Assembly: GCA_945947575.1 (NCBI GenBank)
Contig: CAMEYM010000007.1
Span: forward strand, 26,862-90,861
DNA from: Rhizobium sp. Q54
GTDB lineage: Bacteria; Pseudomonadota; Alphaproteobacteria; UBA2966; CAIVPW01
Direction: 5' to 3'
Length of the DNA stretch: 64,000 nt
Positions 29,190-38,310 of the stretch are shown piece after piece. How positions within the stretch are numbered: position 1 is the stretch's first letter; each line of letters opens with the position of its first letter. Under the pieces are notes generated by a model, which saw nothing but the letters and a program-made list of their open reading frames with translations, was not told the origin of the DNA and ran no database searches. The translations under genes were made by a program, and so were the position numbers.

Positions 29190-30448
29190 GGCTCATACCT
29201 TGCGGAGATTCCCATTCGTTCGAAGTCGGCGACGGGCACGCGGGCACCGCGTTGCACCGCCGCGACACGCCACACCTCGCGGAGGTCGGACGCGCGGGCG
29301 CGGGCGTCACATACGCGACCGACGTGAGCACGTCCGGCTTCTCCCATGCGCCGTACGGCGCCGCGATCCTTCTCTGCCCACTCTAGGCGATCGGCGCACG
29401 CCACTGGGTCGAATTGTCCGACTAGCCAGCCGCTGACGCAGTCGCGCAGGAAGCCGTCCCACGTCCCGGTCGCGAGCATCGGCAAGCCGGCGGCAAGCGA
29501 CTCGATGACGTCGCGTCCCCACGGGTCGTTACGGCGGGTGAGGCGCGCAGTCATGTCGGCGGCGGCGAGCACCGCCTCCGGGTTCTTCACGTGGCCGAGG
29601 AACAGCACCATGTCGCCGACGCCGCGGTCAGCCGCGTAGTCGGCGAGCGTCCTTCCGGCGCGCGCCAGTTCCCCCAGCGGCGCCGGGTCGCGCGGCGACA
29701 GCGTAGCGTCGCCGCCCACGACGAAGCGGAATTTGTCTCGTCGATGGCGCTTGGCGAGTTCGACGCAAATGTCGATCGCGCGGTCGAGTCCCCGGTCATA
29801 TTGGCCGTTGGCGAGGATGGCCACGTTGAGACGGCCATCGCGCGGGACATCCGGATGCGGGGCCGCGGCCTTTGGCGCTGCGGCAGCGTTGAAGATGATC
29901 GTGCCGCGCGCGGCGTCGCCTCCGACCTCGGCGAAGCGGTCGCGCTCGTTGCTCGTGATGAACACGAAGCGATCCATGACACGGGAAAACGCACGCGCCT
30001 GCGCTGCGACGGCCACGCTCGGGCGCGGACAATGACGCATGTGCAGAACGAATGCGGCATCCGTCTTGCGTCGCAGCCAAGCGGCAAAGAGGAGCAAGGA
30101 CTCATAGTTGAAGTGAATCACGTCGAAGTCGCGCGCCGACCGCGCCAAGCTCTGTAGCGCTCGCCGCCGGCGCAGCAGCTGGGATACACCCTCCAGCAGC
30201 GTCCGCACCGTGTAGCGTAGAGTGTTCTGCGCGCGGAACAACGGGATCTCGGGCGCCACCCGGCACGGAATGCCGATCGCGGCGTAGTCGGCGGTCAGGT
30301 CGCTGGGCCGGCGGCACCAGACCTCGATGTCGAGGTCCCGCCGGTCCATATCGGAGAGCAAGAAGTACAAGCTGCGCGAAGAGCCGCCGTGCCCCCCTTC
30401 ATGGTCGATCGCCAGCACGCGCAATCGCTTGAACGGAGGCGCGCTCAT
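29186..30448 (-). CDS. Glycosyltransferase family 4
   Basis: GGSSRS N-terminus; DPWGRDVIESLAAGLP (ExxxxGxP-like). Confidence 0.8.
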   Translation of the reverse strand: MSAPPFKRLRVLAIDHEGGHGGSSRSLYFLLSDMDRRDLDIEVWCRRPSDLTADYAAIGIPCRVAPEIPLFRAQNTLRYTVRTLLEGVSQLLRRRRALQSLARSARDFDVIHFNYESLLLFAAWLRRKTDAAFVLHMRHCPRPSVAVAAQARAFSRVMDRFVFITSNERDRFAEVGGDAARGTIIFNAAAAPKAAAPHPDVPRDGRLNVAILANGQYDRGLDRAIDICVELAKRHRRDKFRFVVGGDATLSPRDPAPLGELARAGRTLADYAADRGVGDMVLFLGHVKNPEAVLAAADMTARLTRRNDPWGRDVIESLAAGLPMLATGTWDGFLRDCVSGWLVGQFDPVACADRLEWAEKDRGAVRRMGEAGRAHVGRVCDARARASDLREVWRVAAVQRGARVPVADFERMGISARYEP

Positions 30449-31143
30449 CGGTTCGTATGCGTCACCTCGCGCTCGGCGAGGATGGCCCGGGCGAACAAGA
30501 GGTCGAGGTCGGTGTCGATGTCGATGGAGCGCTCCGGCGGCATCATGTAGGCCCGCGTCTCATCGGCAATGAAACGCCGCGTCTTCGCCAGCCAATTGGG
30601 CCGGGCCACGTACACTGCACCGTTGGGCGTGACGACCACGCTCGAGTCCTGACGGCGGGCCGAGTCTCCTGGCATCACCTTGCGGAGCGATCCCCTCGCG
30701 TCCACGGAATAGAACCATTCGAGGGGCTTCGACACCCGGGTCACCGAAACGCAGGCGGGTACATCCTCCGCTATGCAAGTGCGCACGCAGGCGTCGATAT
30801 CGGCACCGGTGCGGAACGGCGAAGTGGCTTGGAGGAGCACGATGTAGTCGTACGGCTCGCTGAGAGCCTCAAGTGCGTGGAACAGGACGTCGTAGATAGA
30901 GGCGGTATCTGTCGCGAGCGTGGCGGGACGCTGAAAAGGCACCTCACAGCCGCAGGATCCTGCCACCGAGGCGATCTCATGGTCGTCCGTCGACAGGATG
31001 ACGCGCGAGAGGGTCGTGGCTTCCGCGGCGGCCGCTACGGACCAGACCACCAGCGGCCGCCCGCCCAGGTCGAGCACGTTCTTCCTCGGCAGGCCCTTCG
31101 AGCCGCCGCGAGCGGCGATGACCGCCAGGGTTCGCGGTTTCAC
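30445..31143 (-). CDS. neuA: Acylneuraminate cytidylyltransferase (NeuA/LegF-like)
   Basis: ARGGSKGLPRKN, STDD, LQATSPFR, PNGAVY, SIDIDT; GTG start at 31143. Confidence 0.92.
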   Translation of the reverse strand: MKPRTLAVIAARGGSKGLPRKNVLDLGGRPLVVWSVAAAAEATTLSRVILSTDDHEIASVAGSCGCEVPFQRPATLATDTASIYDVLFHALEALSEPYDYIVLLQATSPFRTGADIDACVRTCIAEDVPACVSVTRVSKPLEWFYSVDARGSLRKVMPGDSARRQDSSVVVTPNGAVYVARPNWLAKTRRFIADETRAYMMPPERSIDIDTDLDLLFARAILAEREVTHTNR

Positions 31144-31354
31144 AAGAAGACGCCGAGGAGTTAAGAGTATCTGGGCTGGAGGCGGCCCGCAGGGCTTGCC
31201 CACGCTGCCGCAGCGCGGGTGACAGGCACCCGGCGCAAGCTCGGACCCTCTCAGGTCGCCAGGCCCGCTGTCAACCCTGCGCAATCCAGGAGTCGGGCGG
31301 TTTCCTTGCGCGGACCGATGGCGTCCCGCTAGTGTCACCCCCGGGGCCCCTCCT

Positions 31355-32794
31355 GTGGCCCCACGGATACGATCCCCGATGTCTTGGCGGGCCTGGCGCC
31401 CCGCGTCCACCTTTCGCGAGTTGACAGTGTTTCCGGACGCTTCAATTGGGGACCCCGCCCCGTGGGCCACAACTGGCCTTCTCGCCATTCTCTTCCTGGT
31501 CGTCGTGGCCGTCTTGCTCGCGCTCGCCGATGCCGATTGTTACAGGTTGGGCGGCGCCTGCTTTGCCAGCATGGACCGCTATTACGGTAGCTCCGTTGCG
31601 CTAGGTCTCCTGGAACATGGCCGCCTGGTGACGTTGGCGAACCCGGACCAGCCCTATACTGACCATCCCCCCATCTACGGGTTCACCATGGCGGCCGTCA
31701 TCGCCACCTTCGGCACCGCCACCATGGTTCCGATGGCGGTGGTAAACGCCCTCCTGATCTTGGCAGCCGGCTTGCTCCTACGCCGGTTCGCAGTGCACTA
31801 CGCGCCAGGTACGGGCAACCTCGCCCTGGCATTGCTCCTGTTCAATCCGAACGTCCTCGGGCAAGGCCTGCTGCCGCAGACCGAGGCCATGCACATGGCG
31901 GCCGTCGCCGCGGGCATGACGGCAACCGCAGCGGCGGTTGCCCACAGCAATGTGAGGCGCGGCGCCGTAGCTGGAGCGTTGCTGGGATTGTCGGCGCTTG
32001 TGCGCCCGGCGAGCCTCATCCTCGGCTTCATTCTGCCATTGGTTATCCCCGTCGCCGCCCTCGCGCGCTTTGGCCGTCGGAACCTCGGTCTTGCGTTCGC
32101 GGCGGGCGTTGCCGGCGCGGTTGCATGCACGGTAGTGGTTACACCCTGGGCGATGCACCAGTACCGCAGCGGTGAAGGCTGGCGGATTTCCTCCAATGCG
32201 ATCGAAGACCTGCTGCTGGTGATCGGCGTCATGTACCTCGATCCCGCGCGGCCCGGCGAGGTCAACGGCGACATCGCCGAGGAACTCACGGTCGAACGCG
32301 ACGCCGCCCTACGCGCGCGTTACCCCCAGTGGGACGAGATGACGGCGGCGGAGCAAGGCAACGCAAATCGCGACTACGTCGTCGATCACTACCTCGCCGT
32401 CGCTGCCGAACAACCGGGCGTCATGGCCACGGCCGTCGCCAAGTCCTGGGCCCGGTTCCTCTTCGTCGGTGGCGAAGGTGCGCTGCACGACCTGTTCGGT
32501 GTGGCCGGCAGCGATGGCCAGATTGCCGTCGGCATCAAGGTGGTCGCACTGTTGTTCGTCGCGGCGTCGCGCGCGCTCGCTGTGATCGGAATCGTCTGGC
32601 TGATGCGGGCGCGCCGATGGGACGCGCTGCTCTTATGCGGCGGCTTGGTGCTGTGGTTCATGGCAAGCTCTGCCCTGATCGGACAGCCGCGCTATCGTAT
32701 GCCGGCGGAACCGGCCCTCATGCTCTGTGCCGCCGTGGGCCTTGCTCAGGTCACCGATTGGTTCCGGCGACGTCGCCGTCAAGCCATTTCGTAA
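31355..32794 (+). CDS. Polytopic GT-C (ArnT/PMT-like) glycosyltransferase; start uncertain
   Basis: Many hydrophobic segments; DHPPIY, TEA, LVRP, QPRYRMP motifs. Confidence 0.65.
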   Translation: MAPRIRSPMSWRAWRPASTFRELTVFPDASIGDPAPWATTGLLAILFLVVVAVLLALADADCYRLGGACFASMDRYYGSSVALGLLEHGRLVTLANPDQPYTDHPPIYGFTMAAVIATFGTATMVPMAVVNALLILAAGLLLRRFAVHYAPGTGNLALALLLFNPNVLGQGLLPQTEAMHMAAVAAGMTATAAAVAHSNVRRGAVAGALLGLSALVRPASLILGFILPLVIPVAALARFGRRNLGLAFAAGVAGAVACTVVVTPWAMHQYRSGEGWRISSNAIEDLLLVIGVMYLDPARPGEVNGDIAEELTVERDAALRARYPQWDEMTAAEQGNANRDYVVDHYLAVAAEQPGVMATAVAKSWARFLFVGGEGALHDLFGVAGSDGQIAVGIKVVALLFVAASRALAVIGIVWLMRARRWDALLLCGGLVLWFMASSALIGQPRYRMPAEPALMLCAAVGLAQVTDWFRRRRRQAIS

Positions 32795-32822
32795 CCGACA
32801 CTTCATCTTCCTCGGAAGGCCG

Positions 32823-33722
32823 ATGCTCCAAACCGCCGCGCGCCCCCACTGCTGGATCTGCGGCGATCAGGCGCTGGTGCGCGTGAAGCCCTCTGGGCTC
32901 GGCCAACACCGGCTGTCGTCGAGCGACTTCGCCATCACGGACCGTCGGTATGGCCTCACCGCCGCCATCGACCGTTGCAGTGCCTGCGGCTTCCTGCAGT
33001 GCTCGGACATCGCGGACGAGCTGAAGTTCTATTCCGATCTCGATGACACCGAGTACGACGCAGGACGCGCCCAGCGCGCGTTACAGGCGCGCGCCCTCCT
33101 GCGCAAGCTGGACAATCCCGGCGCCCGGTCACTCTTGGACGTGGGCGCCGGCTCCGGAATACTCGTCGAGGAGGCGTTGCGCCTCGGATACCGGGCCGAA
33201 GGCGTCGAGCCGTCCGCCCACCTGGCCGCAGAAGCCACGGCACACGGAGTCGCGGTGCACCGCGGCGCGTTGCCTCATCCCGCTCTGGAGGGACGCGCCT
33301 TTGATATCGTCACGTTGGTCGATGTCATTGAGCACGTCTCCGACCCCATCACGCTCCTGCGGCATATGCGCGCCGCGCTCGCCCCCGACGGGATCGGCAT
33401 AGTAGTGACGCCGGACGTCGAATCGGTCGCCGCGCGCTTGCTTGGCTGGCGCTGGTGGCACTACCGCATCGCCCACATCGGCTATTTCAATCGCAGCACG
33501 CTCGAACTTGCGCTGCGGAAGGCCGGGCTACGCGCTATAATGTTCGGCCGACCCCGATGGTATTTCAGCGGCGACTATCTGGGGGAACGGCTCGTTTCCT
33601 ACCTTCCGGGACCGCTATCGCGAGTTACGTTCAAATGGGCCAGGCGAATCACGGTACCGCTCGACCTCCGCGACTCGATGTTCGTGCTGTTCCAGCCGGC
33701 GGAGAACTGCCCCGAGATGTAG
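32823..33722 (+). CDS. SAM methyltransferase with N-terminal Cys-pair (zinc ribbon)
   Basis: CWIC...CSAC, LLDVGAGSG, GVEPS, DVIEH, HIGYF. Confidence 0.85.
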   Translation: MLQTAARPHCWICGDQALVRVKPSGLGQHRLSSSDFAITDRRYGLTAAIDRCSACGFLQCSDIADELKFYSDLDDTEYDAGRAQRALQARALLRKLDNPGARSLLDVGAGSGILVEEALRLGYRAEGVEPSAHLAAEATAHGVAVHRGALPHPALEGRAFDIVTLVDVIEHVSDPITLLRHMRAALAPDGIGIVVTPDVESVAARLLGWRWWHYRIAHIGYFNRSTLELALRKAGLRAIMFGRPRWYFSGDYLGERLVSYLPGPLSRVTFKWARRITVPLDLRDSMFVLFQPAENCPEM

Positions 33723-33745
33723 TCGAGGTAGGCTTCACCGCGAAG

Positions 33746-34672
33746 GTGAGGCCCTACCTGCGTATTGCGCGCCCGGACCACTGGTTCAAGAACGTGTTCC
33801 TGCTGCCGGGTGTCGCACTCGCTTACGTGTTCTTCCCGAGCAGCGATTGGCAGGGGCTTTTCCTCAGTGGCGTTGGCGCGCTTGCAGCGGCATGCCTGAT
33901 TGCATCCGCGAACTACGTCATCAACGAGTTCCTTGACGCGGAATTCGATCGGCATCATCCGATCAAGAGCGCGCGTCCGGCCGTCTCAGCGCAGGTGCGC
34001 GGCTCGTTCGTGGCCTTGGAGTATTTGCTGCTCGCCGTTGCCGGATTGCTTGTAGCGGCGGCGGTGAACTGGTTGTGCGCCACCGGCGCGGCCGCACTGC
34101 TCGTGATGGGAATCATTTACAACGTGCGTCCCATGCGGTCGAAGGACTACGCGTTCCTTGACGTGGTGTCCGAGTCCGTGAACATGCCGATCCGGCTCGT
34201 TATCGGCTGGTCGGCGGTTACGGCCGGAGCGTTTCCGCCGAGCAGTTTCCTGCTGGCGTTCTGGTTCGGCGGCGCCTACCTGATGGCAGTGAAGCGTTTC
34301 TCCGAGTACCGCCAGATCGGCGATCCCGCGCGTGCAGGACTGTATCGCGCGTCATTCCGCACCTACTCTGACGAGCGTCTCTTGGCTTCCGCGTTCTTCC
34401 ACGGGATGAGCGCCGCGTTCTTCATTGCGATCTTCCTGTTCAAGTACAAGATCGAATTCATCCTCTCGTTCCCCGCGATCGCGGCCCTATTCACTTGGTA
34501 CTTGATGATCGGAATGGGCCAAGACTCAGCGGCGCAGGCTCCTGAGCGGCTCTACCGTGAGGGCGCCTTTGTCACGTTCGCTCTTGTGGTCGTTGCTTGG
34601 ATCGCATTCCTGCTGTGGGTGGAGGTGCCGGCGCTGCATTCCTTCCTCGAGCCGAATGTCTACGCGAAGTAG
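33746..34672 (+). CDS. UbiA-family polyprenyl-phosphate phosphoribosyltransferase (Rv3806c/NoeC-like)
   Basis: RPDHWFKNV, SANYVINEFLDAEFDRHHPIKSARP, YN, KR..E; start uncertain. Confidence 0.82.
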   Translation: MRPYLRIARPDHWFKNVFLLPGVALAYVFFPSSDWQGLFLSGVGALAAACLIASANYVINEFLDAEFDRHHPIKSARPAVSAQVRGSFVALEYLLLAVAGLLVAAAVNWLCATGAAALLVMGIIYNVRPMRSKDYAFLDVVSESVNMPIRLVIGWSAVTAGAFPPSSFLLAFWFGGAYLMAVKRFSEYRQIGDPARAGLYRASFRTYSDERLLASAFFHGMSAAFFIAIFLFKYKIEFILSFPAIAALFTWYLMIGMGQDSAAQAPERLYREGAFVTFALVVVAWIAFLLWVEVPALHSFLEPNVYAK

Positions 34673-35375
34673 ACTTGCGGTCTTCGATGTCGACGGCACG
34701 CTCGTTAGAGGCGATGCGTACCTGCACTATCTGGTGTACGTCTGGCTGCGCCGACCGTCGCGGTGGCCTCGGGGTCCGGCGCTCGGTTGGGGTGTCTTGT
34801 TGTTCGCGACCGGTATACGCGGCAACACCTGGCTGAAGGAATGGTTTCTACGCCATGTGCTCTCGGGCCTCGAATCGGCACGCGAAGCGCGACTGACCCA
34901 GGCCTTCTTGCACGACGTCGTGCAGTGCCGGCTCAAGGGAAAGGGCCTTGCGACCCTGCGGCACCACTTAGCGCATGGCAACCGGGTGGTCCTCCTCAGC
35001 GCGGGAATGGACATCTACCTGCGCTCCTGGGGAGACGCGCTCGGCGTCGACGACATCCTCTGCTCAGTGGCCGAACGCGGCGTGAATGGACGCATAACCG
35101 GCCGCCTCGTCGGGGCCAACTGTCGCGGCGCCGAGAAGGTTCGCCGTCTTGACGAGTATCTTGCGGACTTCGGCGATAGAGGGGAATCGCCGCACATTAC
35201 GGTGTATTCTGATCATCACAGCGACCTGCCGTTGCTGCAGCGAGCGGATGTCGCCGTTGCCGTCGATCCGACGCCGCGCCTTCGGGCCTTGTGCCGTCTC
35301 CACGGCTTCGGCATAGAACGGTGGCTGGACAACGACGGAGGGTCGAGTGCGGAGTCACAATCGGGGCGGCGTTGA
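34656..35375 (+). CDS. HAD-IB family phosphatase
   Basis: FDVDGT motif I, LSAG, K, YSDHHSDLP. Confidence 0.87.
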   Translation: MSTRSRLAVFDVDGTLVRGDAYLHYLVYVWLRRPSRWPRGPALGWGVLLFATGIRGNTWLKEWFLRHVLSGLESAREARLTQAFLHDVVQCRLKGKGLATLRHHLAHGNRVVLLSAGMDIYLRSWGDALGVDDILCSVAERGVNGRITGRLVGANCRGAEKVRRLDEYLADFGDRGESPHITVYSDHHSDLPLLQRADVAVAVDPTPRLRALCRLHGFGIERWLDNDGGSSAESQSGRR

Positions 35376-35667
35376 TCGCCGCGATGCGATAGCATTCTTC
35401 GTGGCCGCTGCAGCGGGGCTGCTGTTTCTGCGGCCCACGCGCGCGAGCTCGGACCTGTCGCAGCCAGAGCGAGAGTTGCGTACGCTGCTCGGGCGAGTGC
35501 CCGAACTCGCGAGCGTGCTGGTGGCCGACGCCATGACACCCCGGTCTCGGGCGGAATACAGCTTCCAGCGGACACACGATTTTGCCGAAGGTAGTGTAAT
35601 CAGGATCAACGGGTGGCAGTTCGCCCACGCCGAACTCCGGTACCTCGCGTTCCTCGCAGCGCGCTGA
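35347..35667 (+). CDS. Small protein with twin-arginine (Tat) signal-like N-terminus
   Basis: VDRRDAIAFFVAAAAGLLFL; C-terminal DFAEG..I.INGW...E.R motif. Confidence 0.65.
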   Translation: MRSHNRGGVDRRDAIAFFVAAAAGLLFLRPTRASSDLSQPERELRTLLGRVPELASVLVADAMTPRSRAEYSFQRTHDFAEGSVIRINGWQFAHAELRYLAFLAAR

Positions 35668-35680
35668 GGACGCTGGCGCC

Positions 35681-37240
35681 GTGATCGAGGACGGGCGCAG
35701 CGTTCCCTCAGGCGCGATCCTAGAGGCGGACGTCTGCGTCGTCGGCGCCGGTGCTGCCGGCATCACCCTTGCGCGCCGGCTCGCGTCCTCGTCGCTCCGG
35801 GTCGTTGTCCTCGAAAGCGGCGGGTACGATCTCGATCCTGACATTCAGTCGCTCTACGCAGGCGATGCGGATGCGCCAAGTCCGTATTACTTGGACGGCA
35901 GCCGGCTCCGATACTTCGGCGGGTCGACCAACCATTGGGCCGGCTTTTGCCGCCCGCTCGACTCCACCGACTTTGAGGCGCGACCTTGGGTTCCGGCGCG
36001 CGGATGGCCCATCGATCCGGCGTCCCTCGTCGGGTATTACCGCGCTGCGCAAGCGGATTGCGAAATTGGGCCGTTCGACTATGACGGCGAATCCTGGGTG
36101 CGCCGAATCGGACGCGACGCATTTCATACGCTCCCACTGGGGGATCACTTCAGCACGTCGATCATCCAGTACAGTCCGCCTACGTTGTTCGGAAAGAGGT
36201 ACGGCGGCGAGCTGGAGCGCGCTTCCAATATCCGCGTTCTGCTCTATTCCAACGCCGTCAACGTGGACGCCGAGGATCGGCTCGTCACTGGAGTCGACGT
36301 CCAAGCATGGCGCGCATCACAGTTCCGGGTCGAAGCCCGAGCGACCGTCTTGGCGTGTGGCGGCGTCGAGAATGCGCGCCTGCTATTGGCGTCGAACGCC
36401 AAGCGTCCGCGCGGGGTCGGCAACGAGCGCGACCTTGTGGGCCGCTACTTTGCGGACCACCCCATCTTGGAAACCGGCGAGATCGCACTGCGAGATGGTC
36501 TCTCGCTCGAGCTGTATGCCGGATGGCGCGCCGGCGAAACTGCCGGGCAGGGAGTCGTGGTGCTTACGCCGAGCGCGATGGCGAAAGGCGGGTTACTGAA
36601 CGGCGGGTTCTTCCTGTTCCCACACTTCACGGACGAGCAGTCCGACGCATTCCAGGCACTGCTCGAGATAGCGCGAAAGACGCGCGCCGGCGAGACGCCG
36701 GAGGACCTCGGCTCGCGTCTCGCGACCATCCTACGCGACCTGGACGATGTCGTCGGCCCGGCCGTGCGTCGCTTGCTCCGGCGCGGACGTCGAGTTTCGT
36801 CGTTGCAGCTGCGGCTGTTCTCAGAACAGGCGCCCAATCCGGACAGCCGGGTGACCCTGGACACTGCGCGCGACGCGCTGGGCATGCCGCGCGCCAAGCT
36901 GGATTGGCGCTTGAGCGAAATTGATCGCCGATCGTTCGAGGAGTCGTTCGCGCTCTTGGGAAGGGCGTTTGGCGCCGCCCAGCTTGGCCGCATCCGCTAC
37001 GACCTCGCGGAAGCGCGAACGGCCGGCGGATTCCATCACATGGGCACGACACGTATGAGCGACGACCCTGCGCAGGGAGTCGTTGATGCGAACTGCCGGG
37101 TACATGGCCTCGGGAACCTGTACGTCGCTGGAAGTTCAGTGTTTCCGACGACGGGCTGCTCCAATCCGACTCTTACCATTGTCGCACTGGCGCGCCGGCT
37201 GGCCGATCACCTCGCGGCCGACCTTGCAATTCTCCGCTAG
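35681..37240 (+). CDS. GMC-family FAD oxidoreductase
   Basis: VVGAGAAG, LESG, GGSTNHWAG, LACGGVENARLLL, HHMGTTRM, GSSVFPT..NPTLTI; no signal peptide. Confidence 0.9.
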   Translation: MIEDGRSVPSGAILEADVCVVGAGAAGITLARRLASSSLRVVVLESGGYDLDPDIQSLYAGDADAPSPYYLDGSRLRYFGGSTNHWAGFCRPLDSTDFEARPWVPARGWPIDPASLVGYYRAAQADCEIGPFDYDGESWVRRIGRDAFHTLPLGDHFSTSIIQYSPPTLFGKRYGGELERASNIRVLLYSNAVNVDAEDRLVTGVDVQAWRASQFRVEARATVLACGGVENARLLLASNAKRPRGVGNERDLVGRYFADHPILETGEIALRDGLSLELYAGWRAGETAGQGVVVLTPSAMAKGGLLNGGFFLFPHFTDEQSDAFQALLEIARKTRAGETPEDLGSRLATILRDLDDVVGPAVRRLLRRGRRVSSLQLRLFSEQAPNPDSRVTLDTARDALGMPRAKLDWRLSEIDRRSFEESFALLGRAFGAAQLGRIRYDLAEARTAGGFHHMGTTRMSDDPAQGVVDANCRVHGLGNLYVAGSSVFPTTGCSNPTLTIVALARRLADHLAADLAILR

Positions 37241-38205
37241 GGTTTGGGTTCGCGGCGCCGGTGCCAGTTCCAGGCGGTGCTGACAATCGTGTCAATGTCC
37301 GAGCGGAGCGGCTTCCAACCTAGTCGTCGTTTTGCGGCTCCGATGTCCGCGACGAGACGTGGCGCGTCGCCGGTCCGGCGGGCTCCTTCCCGGATGGGCA
37401 CGGGCGCGCCGCCGACGCGCCTGACCGCCGCAACCAAACTGCGCACGGACGTGCCCCGACCAGAGCCGACGTTCAGTGCAATGGAAGCGCCGCCGCCGCC
37501 CAAGTACGCAAGCGCACGGGTGTGCGCCGCGGCGAGATCGCTGACGTGGATGTAGTCCCGCACCGCGGTCCCGTCCGGAGTCGCGTAATCCGCGCCGTAA
37601 ATCGTGAAGGCAGGCCCACCTAGAGCCGCCGCTATCGCCAAAGGCACTGCGTGCGTTTCCGGTTCGTGGGCCTCGCCGATCTCACCACTTCCATCAGCGC
37701 CGGCGGCATTGAAGTACCGCAGGGACACCCACTGGACCCCGGCCCCCGCGATCAGCGTTTCCGCTTCGGCTTTCGTGCTGCCATAGGGCGTCAGTGGGGC
37801 GATCGGCGAGTCCTCGACGATCGACGCGGCCGCTGGTGCGCCATAGACGGCCGCACTCGACGAGAACACCAGTGTCCCGACCCCGTGCCGGGCCATTGCC
37901 TCCAGCAGCGTCTTGGTGCCCCCAACGTTGACGCGGCGGTAGCGCTCGCTCTGGCGCACGGAATCGGCAGCGTCGATCAATCCCGCAAGATGGATGACGG
38001 CGTCCGGACTGTGCGCCTGCATCGCGGCGTCCAGTGCGCTCGCGTTGGTCACATCGGCTTCGACCATCGGACCCCAGCGCACGAAGTCTCGCCGGCCGCC
38101 GCTCAAGTCATCGAGGACAACTGGCTGAAACCCGGTCGCGGCAAGCTGCATAGCGGTGTGGCTGCCGATATAGCCAGCGCCGCCGGTGACAAGAATAGTT
38201 TTCAA
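37237..38205 (-). CDS. galE: UDP-glucose 4-epimerase
   Basis: LVTGGAGYIGSH, FSSSAAVYG, PYGSTK, LRYFNAAGA, GTAVRDYIHV; TTG start at 38205. Confidence 0.9.
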   Translation of the reverse strand: MKTILVTGGAGYIGSHTAMQLAATGFQPVVLDDLSGGRRDFVRWGPMVEADVTNASALDAAMQAHSPDAVIHLAGLIDAADSVRQSERYRRVNVGGTKTLLEAMARHGVGTLVFSSSAAVYGAPAAASIVEDSPIAPLTPYGSTKAEAETLIAGAGVQWVSLRYFNAAGADGSGEIGEAHEPETHAVPLAIAAALGGPAFTIYGADYATPDGTAVRDYIHVSDLAAAHTRALAYLGGGGASIALNVGSGRGTSVRSLVAAVRRVGGAPVPIREGARRTGDAPRLVADIGAAKRRLGWKPLRSDIDTIVSTAWNWHRRREPKP

Positions 38206-38310
38206 GCTTCGCTGCCGCTCCAAGAACTGTTTGCCATTTCTGCCGCCCGGCTGCAATGAAGTCGTGGTCCAACAGTGGCGCGAGCAATACAGGAACCTTC
38301 GCCTTTGGCA

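Noticed and set aside
75-30572. Many long plus-strand ORFs antisense to the operon
   Set aside because: Typical shadow ORFs of high-GC coding DNA, with no motifs.
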